DNA of 53,552 bases. Source: a virus. Lineage: Duplodnaviria; Caudoviricetes. The notes below the pieces were generated by a model. That model was not told the origin of the DNA and ran no database searches. It worked only from the letters and a program-made list of their open reading frames with translations. Where the stretch lies: IMG/VR virus record IMGVR_UViG_3300046656_000217, positions 1-53,552 of that record. One strand, given 5' to 3'. This document shows, piece by piece, positions 1 to 9,172 of this stretch (positions are counted from its first letter, which is position 1; the number at the start of each line of letters is the position of its first letter). Made by a program: the position numbers and the translations under genes.

Positions 1-437
1 GGAGCGTCGTGGGTGCCGGCCCCGTAGGTCGGCGTGCCGGTCGTGGTCAAAAGGACGTACATGAGCGGGGATCCGCCGCCCGTCGCGGGGATGTCGGTGT
101 ACCCGCCGACCGAGTACGCGGTCTCGGCGATCGACACCGCGTTCTGGGTCTTGTACGTCGCCGCCAGCACTTCCACCGACGCGACGAGTAGTGCCGCCGC
201 ACCGGTCCCGAACGAGAGGGCGGCTTGATCGGTGTACGTCCCGGCCGGCAGACTCGGGAAGAAGTGGGCCATCAACTGAGCGCCTTGGTTCGCCAGGTCG
301 ATGACGTACAGGTTCTTGAGCACCCACTGACCGCTGCCCGACGGGTACGGGATGGGCAAGAGCCCGCCGACCACGTTGCCCGCCGAATAGGCGTTGGCGG
401 TCGTCGGCACGCCGTACTGGAAGTAGCTCGGTCGCAT
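1..437 (-). CDS. Probable virion structural protein, truncated by window start (MRPSYFQYGVPTTANAYSAGNVVGG...)
   Basis: ATG at 437 preceded by GGAG; open to window edge; Thr/Gly/Ala-rich; downstream of capsid genes; absent from ORF track because incomplete. Confidence 0.6.
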   Translation of the reverse strand, partial: MRPSYFQYGVPTTANAYSAGNVVGGLLPIPYPSGSGQWVLKNLYVIDLANQGAQLMAHFFPSLPAGTYTDQAALSFGTGAAALLVASVEVLAATYKTQNAVSIAETAYSVGGYTDIPATGGGSPLMYVLLTTTGTPTYGAGTHDA

Positions 438-502
438 GGGCTCTCCTAACGAAACCGCCCGCCCGAAACTCGGACGGGCGGCTTGGAATAATGCACTCGC
501 CG

Positions 503-1270
503 CTACGGGATCGAGATCGTCATCGTCCCGATGAAGGTCGATCCGCTCAGGGTGACCGTCGCCCCGTTGAGGGCGGCTTCGATCTCCGCGGTCGTCGCGT
601 TCGGCGGAAGGATCGTCACGTAGTCGCCGGTGGCCGACGTGAAACCGGGGTTGCCGACCAGAGTAACCGTCTTCGACGCCCCGGTGTAATCGAGCACGAC
701 GCCGATCGAAATCTGACCCGGCGTCGTCTGGTCGCGGGTGATGAGGATGCACCCGTTGTAGGCGTCGTCGTCGGCCGAGCCGGCGGTGAGGGTGAAGGAC
801 GTCTGGCTCGCCCGGGTGGCGATCGTCGTGTTGTTCACGACCATCCCCGAGTTCCCGTTCACCATGTTGTTGATGCCGGTCAGCAAGACCTTGATGTCGG
901 TCTGCTCGGCATCGGCCATCGCGAGCGACGTGATGTTCAACTCGCGGGCCCCGGCCACCGCGAACCGGGCGTCGGCGAGCGACAACTGGTAGACGCCGGG
1001 GTTGTTGGTGCCGTCGACCGCGACGAACCGGGCTTTGGTGGCGGTGGGGGCGACGTAGGCGCCTACCGCCGCCTGGGCCTCAAGAGTTGAAGCCCCCGAT
1101 GAGTAGACGACGGGGACCGCCTCGTTGTCGGTGATCGTCGAGAATGCGATCCCGGACGTATCGAACGCGAGCCCCGTCTTGCCGGCCCCGTTGTTGGACG
1201 ACAGGTCGCGGATCTTGAACGTCAAGATGACGGACTTGATCCCCCAGGGAAGCGCGAGTGTTTCGTCCAC
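503..1270 (-). CDS. Virion structural protein (beta-rich, Thr/Gly/Ala-rich)
   Basis: 255 aa ORF co-oriented in head operon; composition typical of virion proteins. Confidence 0.55.
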   Translation of the reverse strand: MDETLALPWGIKSVILTFKIRDLSSNNGAGKTGLAFDTSGIAFSTITDNEAVPVVYSSGASTLEAQAAVGAYVAPTATKARFVAVDGTNNPGVYQLSLADARFAVAGARELNITSLAMADAEQTDIKVLLTGINNMVNGNSGMVVNNTTIATRASQTSFTLTAGSADDDAYNGCILITRDQTTPGQISIGVVLDYTGASKTVTLVGNPGFTSATGDYVTILPPNATTAEIEAALNGATVTLSGSTFIGTMTISIP

Positions 1271-1309
1271 GGACTGACTCCGAAAGAGGGCGGGAACCGA
1301 CCCGGGGGA

Positions 1310-1927
1310 TTAACCCTTGGTCATGTCGACCGTAATGGTCACCGCTCCACCACCGGACGAAGCCCGGTCAGCGGTCGCACGGGCACGGGCGTTCTTCAAC
1401 GCCTGCCAGTAGTTGTAAGCCGGCGTCCCGGTCGTCGGGACGAGCGAGAAGTCGAAGATGTTCACCGTCCCGTCCGTGGTGGCGTCGGCGATCAGGTAGT
1501 CGCCCGCCGTGATGTTCGCGGTCACCGTCGCCGCGGTCACCACCTTGCACAACCCCTCGACCACCACCCAGAAAATCGCGTCGTCCGGTACACCCGCGGC
1601 CGGGAGGAATTCGTCGGCTGGGAAGTACCGGTCGGTGTAGTCGCTGGTGAGACCGGTCATCGAACCCGGGGTCAACGGGCTCGGCTTGCAAAGGGCCTTG
1701 GGCAGAATCGCCGACCCCGAGTCATTCCGGGCCAACATGCACATGACCTTGCCGCTCGACCGGCGGTCCGGCGGACCGTTCGCCCCGGTGTTCCAAAGCA
1801 AGTCGTCGAACTCCCAGAACTGACCGAGAATGCCGGCGAACGGCATATTCGTATCGGTCTGGTCCGACGCCTGAGTCTGGTACTGGCCGCGTCCAAAGGG
1901 CGGCTCATTAGTAGTCGGGTACGGCAT
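1310..1927 (-). CDS. Putative capsid decoration/cement protein
   Basis: Directly downstream of major capsid gene; 'FWVVVEGLCKV...AGDYL' resembles capsid cement proteins. Confidence 0.55.
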   Translation of the reverse strand: MPYPTTNEPPFGRGQYQTQASDQTDTNMPFAGILGQFWEFDDLLWNTGANGPPDRRSSGKVMCMLARNDSGSAILPKALCKPSPLTPGSMTGLTSDYTDRYFPADEFLPAAGVPDDAIFWVVVEGLCKVVTAATVTANITAGDYLIADATTDGTVNIFDFSLVPTTGTPAYNYWQALKNARARATADRASSGGGAVTITVDMTKG

Positions 1928-1986
1928 GACTCACTCCGACGGTGGAAGGTTCCGGGCCTGGGGTCAATGGGGCGACGCCCCGGTTA

Positions 1987-3120
1987 TCACGTACCGGCGG
2001 TCGACCGGACCGAGCACTGAGCCCGCGGGTTGATCCGAAGCTGACCGTAGTACCCGCAGAAGAACAGGTACGCTTGGAGCAACGTGTTCCAGACCGGCCC
2101 TTCCGTCTTGAAGAGCATGTCGTCGTTGCAAAGCATCTGCATCTCGTCGAAGTTGAACCCGTACCCGCGGTTCACCGTGACGTCGAACTCCTGGGTCACT
2201 TCCACGCCGTCGTGGTAGAGCACGCCCGGGAAGCCCATCGAAGTAAGCGTCCCGCCCGCCGTGTCCATGATGACGCCGGCCTGGCCCGTGGTCGAAGCCC
2301 CCCGGCTGACTTCGTACCGCTGGCGGCTGCGCTGGAAGGCCATGAACTGTCGGTACAGTTCCCGGTCCAGCATGAAGCAGTCGAGCATCCCCTGGCGACC
2401 GCCGTTGCGGTGCGAGTGGATGATCGCGAAGGACAGAACCTCTTCGCAGTCGTTCGACCACGCGGCGGTCGAACCGAAAGACGTGTTGTCGTACAGGACC
2501 ACCGGCGGGGTCCAGAAATCGTAGTCGACCGAGCCCGAGCCCCGCGGCCAAGTGTTCGAACCGCTCGACTCGGTCCACGTTCCGCCGAGCGCCCCGAGAG
2601 CCGTCGACAGGCCGGCGTACGTGTCGTTGTTGATCCCGACGTACCCGTTGGTCGCGGCACCCGAGATCGACATCATCGACTCGATGCCCTGCAACTTGTT
2701 CTCGTTCCCGCTCGCGTTGCCGTCCACGTACGGCTGGGAACCGAACTGCTGCTTCATTTCCTTCGCCAGCAACTCGGCCTTACCGGACATGAGGCTGACG
2801 ATCGCCTCGGGCGCCTGGTTGGCCAGAGTTTCCAGCTTCGTGACCGACTCGGGGAGTTGGTACGCGATGTACTGAAGGGTCGGGGACTGGTACCGGTTGA
2901 TCCGGTCGAACACCGGAGTCTGACCGTCCACGTAGGTCTGCATCTGCTTCTGCTTGAACTGAACCTTCCACTCGAACCGGGTGCCACCCTGGTTGTACAG
3001 GATGTTCCCCTTCGACTGAAGCAGCGCGAGGAACTGTTGGAACCGGATCGTGTTGTCCGACACTTCGCGCATGTAATTCGCGATGGTTGTCTGGACTACA
3101 CCTTCCCAGGGCGCTGCCAT
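1987..3120 (-). CDS. Major capsid protein (podovirus-type, HK97 fold)
   Basis: 377 aa; N-terminal 'TTIANYMREVSDN', 'DGNASGNENKLQGI' and C-terminal 'GQLRINPRAQ' patterns typical of this MCP class; follows scaffold gene. Confidence 0.85.
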   Translation of the reverse strand: MAAPWEGVVQTTIANYMREVSDNTIRFQQFLALLQSKGNILYNQGGTRFEWKVQFKQKQMQTYVDGQTPVFDRINRYQSPTLQYIAYQLPESVTKLETLANQAPEAIVSLMSGKAELLAKEMKQQFGSQPYVDGNASGNENKLQGIESMMSISGAATNGYVGINNDTYAGLSTALGALGGTWTESSGSNTWPRGSGSVDYDFWTPPVVLYDNTSFGSTAAWSNDCEEVLSFAIIHSHRNGGRQGMLDCFMLDRELYRQFMAFQRSRQRYEVSRGASTTGQAGVIMDTAGGTLTSMGFPGVLYHDGVEVTQEFDVTVNRGYGFNFDEMQMLCNDDMLFKTEGPVWNTLLQAYLFFCGYYGQLRINPRAQCSVRSTAGT

Positions 3121-3148
3121 GATCTACTCCGATCGAGGTAGGGCGGCT

Positions 3149-4285
3149 CTAGCCCGCCTGCTGGTGAGCCATCGGCAACCGAGAGCCGGGCGTGTAACCC
3201 GCGGCGAGCAAATCCTGAAGCATGGCTTCGCGGATCGACAACTTGTGGGTCGAAGGCGTCGCGCTCGTAGTGGGCGGGACGACCGTTCCCGGCAACGCAC
3301 CGGCGACCCGGTTCAAGAACGCGGTCTTCAGGTCGACCGTCGGCTGCGGTTGGGCGCCCTGCGGAGCGGCCCCGACCGGCACGACCGCCCCGGCGACTGG
3401 CGCCGCGGGCGCCGTCTGCTGGGTCTGGGCCTGGGTCCACGCCCACCGGTGGGCGTAGCTCTTGGCCATGTCGTCGATGAGGACCGGATCCGTCATCCCC
3501 TGATTCATCATGTGCTGTGCGGCCTCGGCCCACTTGTCGCCGACTTCGGTCCGCTTCCGGTACCGCTGGCCCGTGAGGGGATCGGCGACCACGACTTCCT
3601 GGCCCTGGGCGTCCTTCGCGAACATCCACTCGGCATTGCTCTGCATGATCTGCGCGGCGACCGCGGTGTTCCGGGCCTGGGTCTGCTGCTCGGTGAACGC
3701 CTTCTGTGCCTTCTCGGTCGCGGCGGCTTCGTACTTGGCAAGGATCGGCCCGAGAGCCCCTTCCGGATCGGTGGCCAACTTCTTGATCGCGTTGGCCATC
3801 GCCCGCCGGTAGGCGATCACCTGGGACGCGGCACCCGGCGGGGCGCCGGGGATCTCGACCGTGTTACCGTTGGCGTCGGTCTGAACCCACGATTCGAGGT
3901 TCGGATCGATCTCGGGGATGCCGAAGGCGTTGACCTTCGGCGGCGCCGGCGCGGGCGTTGCCGGAGTCGCCGGTGCGGTCTGCTGGGCCTGGCTCGCCCG
4001 GTACCCGAGAGCCGCGTACGGCGTGAGCCGGGCGACTTCCGCTTCCAGCCGAGCCCGGTCCGCCCGGATCTGCGTAAGCTCGGGCGATTCCACCGGTGCC
4101 GCGGGAGTCGGCGGAACGACCGGCACTGTAACCGCCGGGGTAACGGCCGGGACGACCGCTACCGCCGGGGGCCCCGACGCGCCAACGGCGGGGGGGATAA
4201 CCCCCGGCGCTGGCTGGGGTGTAGGAACGACGGTAACCGGTCCGTTGACCGGGGTCGAATTCGTGGTAACAGGGTCCATCGGCAT
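3149..4285 (-). CDS. Capsid scaffolding protein
   Basis: Pro/Ala/Gln-rich, coiled-coil, directly upstream of MCP. Confidence 0.7.
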   Translation of the reverse strand: MPMDPVTTNSTPVNGPVTVVPTPQPAPGVIPPAVGASGPPAVAVVPAVTPAVTVPVVPPTPAAPVESPELTQIRADRARLEAEVARLTPYAALGYRASQAQQTAPATPATPAPAPPKVNAFGIPEIDPNLESWVQTDANGNTVEIPGAPPGAASQVIAYRRAMANAIKKLATDPEGALGPILAKYEAAATEKAQKAFTEQQTQARNTAVAAQIMQSNAEWMFAKDAQGQEVVVADPLTGQRYRKRTEVGDKWAEAAQHMMNQGMTDPVLIDDMAKSYAHRWAWTQAQTQQTAPAAPVAGAVVPVGAAPQGAQPQPTVDLKTAFLNRVAGALPGTVVPPTTSATPSTHKLSIREAMLQDLLAAGYTPGSRLPMAHQQAG

Positions 4286-4495
4286 TGGTCGGTCTCCGTT
4301 TGGCGCGTCGAACGGGGACCAACCTAAGCCGGGATCCGGAATTCACTGACAACTCGGGTGTGACACCCTAGTTCGTGTCGGTGAAATTCTCGCTTTGAGA
4401 ATTCGATGCGCGGAAGCAAACGAGCGCACGGAAGGGAAGATGAGAGAAAGACTTGCGACGAGTGAAATGAACCGCGCTCGGAAGCATCCGCGCGC

Positions 4496-4939
4496 CTATT
4501 TGCGAACGTTATTATTTTCCGACTTTTTGTTTGCCCGCATCACGATTTCCATCTGATCCGGCACCGGTCCGCCGCCCATCTTGTCGGCGGCGGCGAGTAG
4601 ATCGAACGCCTCTCCCTCCATTAATAAGGAGGGTGCGCACCCGTGCGGGCATCGCATCATCTCGGCGTCGACCTGGCCCCAGAGTCGGCAGATCACCGGC
4701 CGGATGTCGTGGTGCTGGCACTTCCCCTCCATTAAGAAGGGGCAGTCGTGCTCGCCTCGGGGGACCGGGATCTTGCCGTGCCGGGCGACGAGCCGCTTCC
4801 ACTCGAACTCGGACATGGGGACGTACCCGCACGAATCCTGGCAGAGACCCTTGCACTCCATGACCGGGATGCGGGCGTAAAGCTGGTCGAAAGCGGTGAT
4901 GAGTTGGAGCGGAAGGCGGATCGATTGGGCCCGTTTCAT
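4496..4939 (-). CDS. YkgJ-like cysteine-cluster (Fe-S/Zn) protein
   Basis: Start re-called at MKRAQ; motifs CKGLCQDSC, CPFL...C...RPVICRLW. Confidence 0.7.
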   Translation of the reverse strand: MKRAQSIRLPLQLITAFDQLYARIPVMECKGLCQDSCGYVPMSEFEWKRLVARHGKIPVPRGEHDCPFLMEGKCQHHDIRPVICRLWGQVDAEMMRCPHGCAPSLLMEGEAFDLLAAADKMGGGPVPDQMEIVMRANKKSENNNVRK

Positions 4940-5571
4940 GACACCCTCTTCAGGATTCGTTCGAACGCCCGGATCTCGATCTGGTGGACACGCTGTCGTT
5001 TGATTCCGAGTGCCGCAGCGACTTCCTTGTGCGTCATTGGCACGCCGTCTAAACCGTACCGGAGTCGGAGGACGAGACGTTCCCTCGGGAGCACGTACCG
5101 AAGGTAGCGGCCCACCTTGTCGACGGCGTCGATCACCACGTCCAGATCCACGTCCTTTGCCGCGCGTTCGTCGTCCTTGTCTTCGTCCGGTTGGAAAGCC
5201 CCGTTGCCAGGGAACCGCATCGCCCGACAGGCGTAGGCACACCACCAACAAACGACGCCCCGCATCTTTTCGAGTGCGTACGTGTCGAACGTCGCGATTG
5301 CCGGGTTCCACGTCCGCGTCGCCCGGATGACGCCGAGACAACAGGTCTGGTTCAGGTCTTCGAACGTGGCCCCGAGCAAGACCGCTTTCCGGTAGGTCGA
5401 CGGGTAAACGGTGATGACCGCCTGGAGCGGCTTCGGGTACCGCTCCATGTACTCGGCGGCGATCGCCTTCTGCTCGGGGGTGAGCGGAAGATTCGCCTGG
5501 TCCTGAAGGCGGGCGAGATCGGCACCGCTGTAGACGTGTTTGCGCGTTTTCACGCCGGTTGGACGAGCCAT
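4936..5571 (-). CDS. Sigma-70-family RNA polymerase sigma factor (regions 2 and 4)
   Basis: 'EDLNQTCCLGVIRA...FDTYA' (region 2) and 'LPRERLVLRLRYGL...THKEVAAALGIKRQRVHQIE' (region 4 HTH); start re-called at MARPTG. Confidence 0.85.
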   Translation of the reverse strand: MARPTGVKTRKHVYSGADLARLQDQANLPLTPEQKAIAAEYMERYPKPLQAVITVYPSTYRKAVLLGATFEDLNQTCCLGVIRATRTWNPAIATFDTYALEKMRGVVCWWCAYACRAMRFPGNGAFQPDEDKDDERAAKDVDLDVVIDAVDKVGRYLRYVLPRERLVLRLRYGLDGVPMTHKEVAAALGIKRQRVHQIEIRAFERILKRVS

Positions 5572-5996
5572 CCGCCTTGTACCCTCCCGACGAACCGGAT
5601 CAATTCTACCCGGCCCCCGATCCGTGCATACGACACGACGTCCGGGGCCGGCGATCGGTTCGAACTGCACGGCTTGAGTTCCTGGCCGAGTATCCACACC
5701 ACCGCCGTTTTCTTGAGGTACTGTCGTCGCTTCGTGCGACCGCCTGGGTACTGCGGGACCGGCCGGCGGATGCGGCCACACGGCTCGGCGAACGACACGA
5801 CCACTCGCTCCCGACCGCCTTCCCACCTATTCTCGACCTTGCACAGTTTCTCGGCCTGCAACCTTTTGATCGCCCGTTCCAGATCCGGAACGACCAGACC
5901 GTACATGTCGCGAAGGTACACCCGCGTCCCGAAGGCGCGGCGTAGGCGGGAACACAACGCCCGCGGGCCGTAGAGTCTGGCGTCGATCTTCTTCAT
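5550..5996 (-). CDS. Hypothetical basic protein
   Basis: Start MKKIDAR overlaps upstream stop (ATGA coupling). Confidence 0.5.
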   Translation of the reverse strand: MKKIDARLYGPRALCSRLRRAFGTRVYLRDMYGLVVPDLERAIKRLQAEKLCKVENRWEGGRERVVVSFAEPCGRIRRPVPQYPGGRTKRRQYLKKTAVVWILGQELKPCSSNRSPAPDVVSYARIGGRVELIRFVGRVQGGWLVQPA

Positions 5997-6316
5997 GGTT
6001 TGCAAAAGTCGGGGAACCAGACGACGTCGAAGTTCTCTTTGTCCTCGAAGACGATGCCCAACATGACGCCGTCCTTGTCGAACGACACCGCGCAGATCCG
6101 CCCTTCCAGATCTTGAATGTGGTCGACCTTCGCCGCTTCGACCATCGCCAACGCGATCTGCGAAATGTGCCGGGGCTTCATCCATTCGGCCCCGAGACCG
6201 TACCCGGTCAGACTCGGCGGTCGCCGGTCTGCCGGGTAGGTGAACCGAAGGACCATCGCCCGGTCGGACAGGACGACCGATTCGATCCGGGCTTGGCAGG
6301 TAGTACCAGTCTTCAT
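5993..6316 (-). CDS. Hypothetical protein
   Basis: Coupled ORF in minus-strand operon. Confidence 0.55.
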   Translation of the reverse strand: MKTGTTCQARIESVVLSDRAMVLRFTYPADRRPPSLTGYGLGAEWMKPRHISQIALAMVEAAKVDHIQDLEGRICAVSFDKDGVMLGIVFEDKENFDVVWFPDFCKP

Positions 6317-6672
6317 CCCAGGTCCGGTGCGGTGAGAGGATTCGGGCTCGGGGACTCGGGGATCGGCGGTGCGGCCACCTTCAGCCTAGCCCACACTCCG
6401 GTCGTTTCCTTCCCGTCGTTCCGGAGAGTGCGGGTGACGATCTCAAACTCCGGAAAGGCGTCCTTCAGGTTGCGGACCATCTGGGTCGCGTTCGGGTGCT
6501 GAAGGATGAGTGCCGACTTGCCGGCCAACGCCCGAACCTTCTCCATGATCGGAATGAACGGCACGGTCGGCTTGGCCTTGTCCACCGGTCCGACCTGATA
6601 CTTCGGGATCTCCGATTCCTCGAACACCGGGACGATCGGCGGAATCGCCTTGGGCTTTGTTGGCTTGGCCAC
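6313..6672 (-). CDS. Hypothetical protein
   Basis: GTG start with upstream AAGGAG; coupled to next gene. Confidence 0.55.
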   Translation of the reverse strand: MAKPTKPKAIPPIVPVFEESEIPKYQVGPVDKAKPTVPFIPIMEKVRALAGKSALILQHPNATQMVRNLKDAFPEFEIVTRTLRNDGKETTGVWARLKVAAPPIPESPSPNPLTAPDLG

Positions 6673-6701
6673 GGGCTTACTCTCCTTGTTGGGGGATGGG
6701 A

Positions 6702-7226
6702 CTAGAAGGGCAAAGTATCAGACAGTCTCGACTCGGACGCACACGCGGCGATCATGTCGCCGTCTTGCGATCGGACGCCGTAGGTGCCGTCGGGATTGTG
6801 GAAGCCGACGACGAGCGTCGCCTTGTCGTCGCCGTCGAGGAACACTTGGCATCCGACGGAGTACTTCATCTTGGGTTTCGCGGGCGTAACGCCCTCGGCC
6901 TGCCGCTTCATCGCGGTCATCTCCTCGTAATACTGGTTCGCCCGATCGATTTGTTGGTCGAATCGGCTGTCCAAGTCCTGATTGGCAGCCGTCAGTTCGT
7001 CGATCGTCTGCTGCTTGTTCTCGCACTCCGGACACGACCGGATCCCGCCGGTGACGTTCTTCTCAAGTTGGCACTCGCGGGCCTGCCAGGTCCAACACTC
7101 GCCGGAGTGACGCACGAACGTCACGAACAGGATGTGGCCCTCGGACCCGTAGTCGATGACGAAGTGGGCGTCGGCCGGGCCCTTGGGCGTGTCGAGCGGG
7201 AGCGGCGGGTTCAACTGAAGCATCAT
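6702..7226 (-). CDS. Phage hypothetical protein (MMLQLNPPLPLDTPKG...)
   Basis: Start re-called behind GAGG; N-terminus resembles a common small phage family. Confidence 0.55.
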   Translation of the reverse strand: MMLQLNPPLPLDTPKGPADAHFVIDYGSEGHILFVTFVRHSGECWTWQARECQLEKNVTGGIRSCPECENKQQTIDELTAANQDLDSRFDQQIDRANQYYEEMTAMKRQAEGVTPAKPKMKYSVGCQVFLDGDDKATLVVGFHNPDGTYGVRSQDGDMIAACASESRLSDTLPF

Positions 7227-7249
7227 TGGCGCGTCCTCGGTTTTGGGGT

Positions 7250-7270
7250 TTGCTCTCAAAGTGATAGCAA
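7250..7270. promoter_or_regulatory. Palindromic site 1, TTGCTCTCA-AAG-TGATAGCAA (candidate parS/operator)
   Basis: One of five near-identical 9-3-9 inverted repeats; intergenic. Confidence 0.75.
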
Positions 7271-7285
7271 GTTTGCCCCTTGGAT

Positions 7286-7432
7286 TTACGTTGTTTTTTC
7301 CGCCTTGTGTTCCTCCAAGGCGTCGGCGATCCGGCCGAGTTCTTTCTTGATTTCCCACAAGGCGGTCACGCCTGAGACGAATGCGATGAACGTGGCAATC
7401 CCGATCGGTGCTACGGTACAAAAATAGTCCAT
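7286..7432 (-). CDS. Small membrane protein (48 aa, MDYFCTVAPIGIATFIAFVSGV...)
   Basis: Below ORF-track cutoff; ATG follows upstream stop; hydrophobic N-terminal stretch. Confidence 0.45.
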   Translation of the reverse strand: MDYFCTVAPIGIATFIAFVSGVTALWEIKKELGRIADALEEHKAEKTT

Positions 7433-8293
7433 CTACTTGCCCTCCACAGGCGGGGCGTTGAGGGAGAGGACGAAGGCGTCCGACAGGATTCGCATATCAC
7501 GCGAGAGAAGCAACATTGCTTCGTCGTTCTGGTTGAACGTGCCCATGTAGTAGGGGCTGTCGGCTTCGTCCTTGCGTTGTTGATGCTTTCGCCATCGGTC
7601 TACCGCCTGTTGCACTTTCTCCGGCACCGTCCGCCCGGCGAGTTCGCGTTCCAGTCGGGCGACGTCGGCACGGGCGGTGTCGCGTTCGGACCTGGCCTCA
7701 GCAACCTTGGCTTCTTCTAGGTTCAACTGCCTACGATAGAACCTCTTGTCTATTTCCGAAGCCACCAACTCCCCCTCCACCGATTCCACCCGGGCGGCGA
7801 GGCGGGGATAATCATCGGCGACGGCTTTCAGGTCGGCCACGTACCTGTTTTCCAGCATCCGGTACATGAAATCGTCCATCTCCTCGTCATCGAATTCGTA
7901 GACGGCACGCTGCCGTTCGCCGGCCTTGATCCGGGTCAGGTTGCGTAGAGCCAACGCCAGCCGTGTCGCGTCGGCGTCCCCCGGTCCCGCCGGGGGTATG
8001 GAGATTGTCTTGAACACATCGCATGATGGACTGTGAATGCCATTCCCTTCGAGTTGTGGAATCAGGCAGTTGCATGGCAATTCGGCCGGCGGGGGCGGCG
8101 GGAGGGAGCACCGCCGTTCGAGGTCGGCGATAAGTTCAGCGATGCCGGGTATGGGGACGGCGACGAAGGTCTCGCGTACTTGGGCGTCCCTAGTCCGCAC
8201 CCGGTCGATGATGACTTCCACGATGTCCCGCACGCTCATCCGGATCAGGTCCGCGTCGGGCGGTGCGGCGGGGGTCACGTCGTCGGGATTCAT
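7433..8293 (-). CDS. Hypothetical coiled-coil protein
   Basis: 286 aa ORF with AAGGAG SD. Confidence 0.6.
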   Translation of the reverse strand: MNPDDVTPAAPPDADLIRMSVRDIVEVIIDRVRTRDAQVRETFVAVPIPGIAELIADLERRCSLPPPPPAELPCNCLIPQLEGNGIHSPSCDVFKTISIPPAGPGDADATRLALALRNLTRIKAGERQRAVYEFDDEEMDDFMYRMLENRYVADLKAVADDYPRLAARVESVEGELVASEIDKRFYRRQLNLEEAKVAEARSERDTARADVARLERELAGRTVPEKVQQAVDRWRKHQQRKDEADSPYYMGTFNQNDEAMLLLSRDMRILSDAFVLSLNAPPVEGK

Positions 8294-8577
8294 GGGGACT
8301 CCTTCGTGGGGGCCGGGGGGAGGAGTGCCAGATGGTCGGCCACAAGGTTGATAACCTGCCGGGGTGTCAGGTGCGTCGGAATTCTCTCGACGTGTGCGAT
8401 CTCCCGGATTCGGTCAATGCACTCCCGCCGGGCGAACGCGGCGGCGGCGTCCAGTTCGGCGAAGAACATCGCCTTGGGGTCGGCATACGCCGTAGTCGCG
8501 TCCCGATTGATTTCGTCCAGCAACCGCTCCCACGCCCCATCCCGGTCGTACTCCCGGTCCGCATCGGTCGGGTTCAT
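8290..8577 (-). CDS. Hypothetical protein
   Basis: Start re-called at MNPTDAD; ATGA coupling at both ends. Confidence 0.55.
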   Translation of the reverse strand: MNPTDADREYDRDGAWERLLDEINRDATTAYADPKAMFFAELDAAAAFARRECIDRIREIAHVERIPTHLTPRQVINLVADHLALLPPAPTKESP

Positions 8578-8789
8578 GATTCGATCTCGATAGGTTCCTG
8601 AAACACCACGGGCTCGTCTGCCGGTATAAGCTCCAACCGGCCGTACGGCGACACCAACTCGCGGCCGTCGTCGTACCGGACCGCGACCGAGCCCGGCGAG
8701 ACGCGGGCCCGGGCACACACCGTACCGGTCTTTCCGGTCTTCCGGTGCCGGACCCGCTCCCCGGGGTAGAAGTGCAACGGCGGCGTCAT
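8574..8789 (-). CDS. Small SH3/KOW-like domain protein
   Basis: 'FYPGERVRHRKTGKTGTV' pattern. Confidence 0.5.
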   Translation of the reverse strand: MTPPLHFYPGERVRHRKTGKTGTVCARARVSPGSVAVRYDDGRELVSPYGRLELIPADEPVVFQEPIEIES

Positions 8790-8795
8790 GACCTG

Positions 8796-9140
8796 TTACT
8801 GTTGGAGGGAGTAAGCCACCGCGTCGTCCATTTCCTGTTGGCTGATCGGCGTCTTCTTGTTCATGTTGAGCCACCGCTGCACCAAGTAGACCAACAGTTG
8901 TTGCATCAGCCAAATCCAGTTCGCGAGCGCGATCGGGTTCGGCAGGTTGAAGTCGATCTTGCGGATGCCGAACACCCGCTCGACCCGTTCCGGAAATTTG
9001 AAGTCCTTGAGCACCGGGTCGACTAAAGGGGGGTCGTCTTCCGCCATCTCCGGCGCCCAACTAATCAACCGCTGGATGAAGTCGTTGAACTCCTCCGTGT
9101 AGATGTCGTAGTTCACGGTAATTGAGTACGTGACTGCCAT
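8796..9140 (-). CDS. Hypothetical protein
   Basis: 114 aa ORF with GGAG SD. Confidence 0.55.
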   Translation of the reverse strand: MAVTYSITVNYDIYTEEFNDFIQRLISWAPEMAEDDPPLVDPVLKDFKFPERVERVFGIRKIDFNLPNPIALANWIWLMQQLLVYLVQRWLNMNKKTPISQQEMDDAVAYSLQQ

Positions 9141-9172
9141 TCGACGATCTCCATTAAGAAGGAAGGGATGGT

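Noticed and set aside
7250-7270. 21-bp palindrome as CIRCE, chromosomal parS or a serine recombinase crossover site
   Set aside because: Sequence and spacing differ from CIRCE (N9 spacer) and parS; a 3-nt centre fits poorly with the 2-bp overlap of serine recombinases, though this is not excluded.
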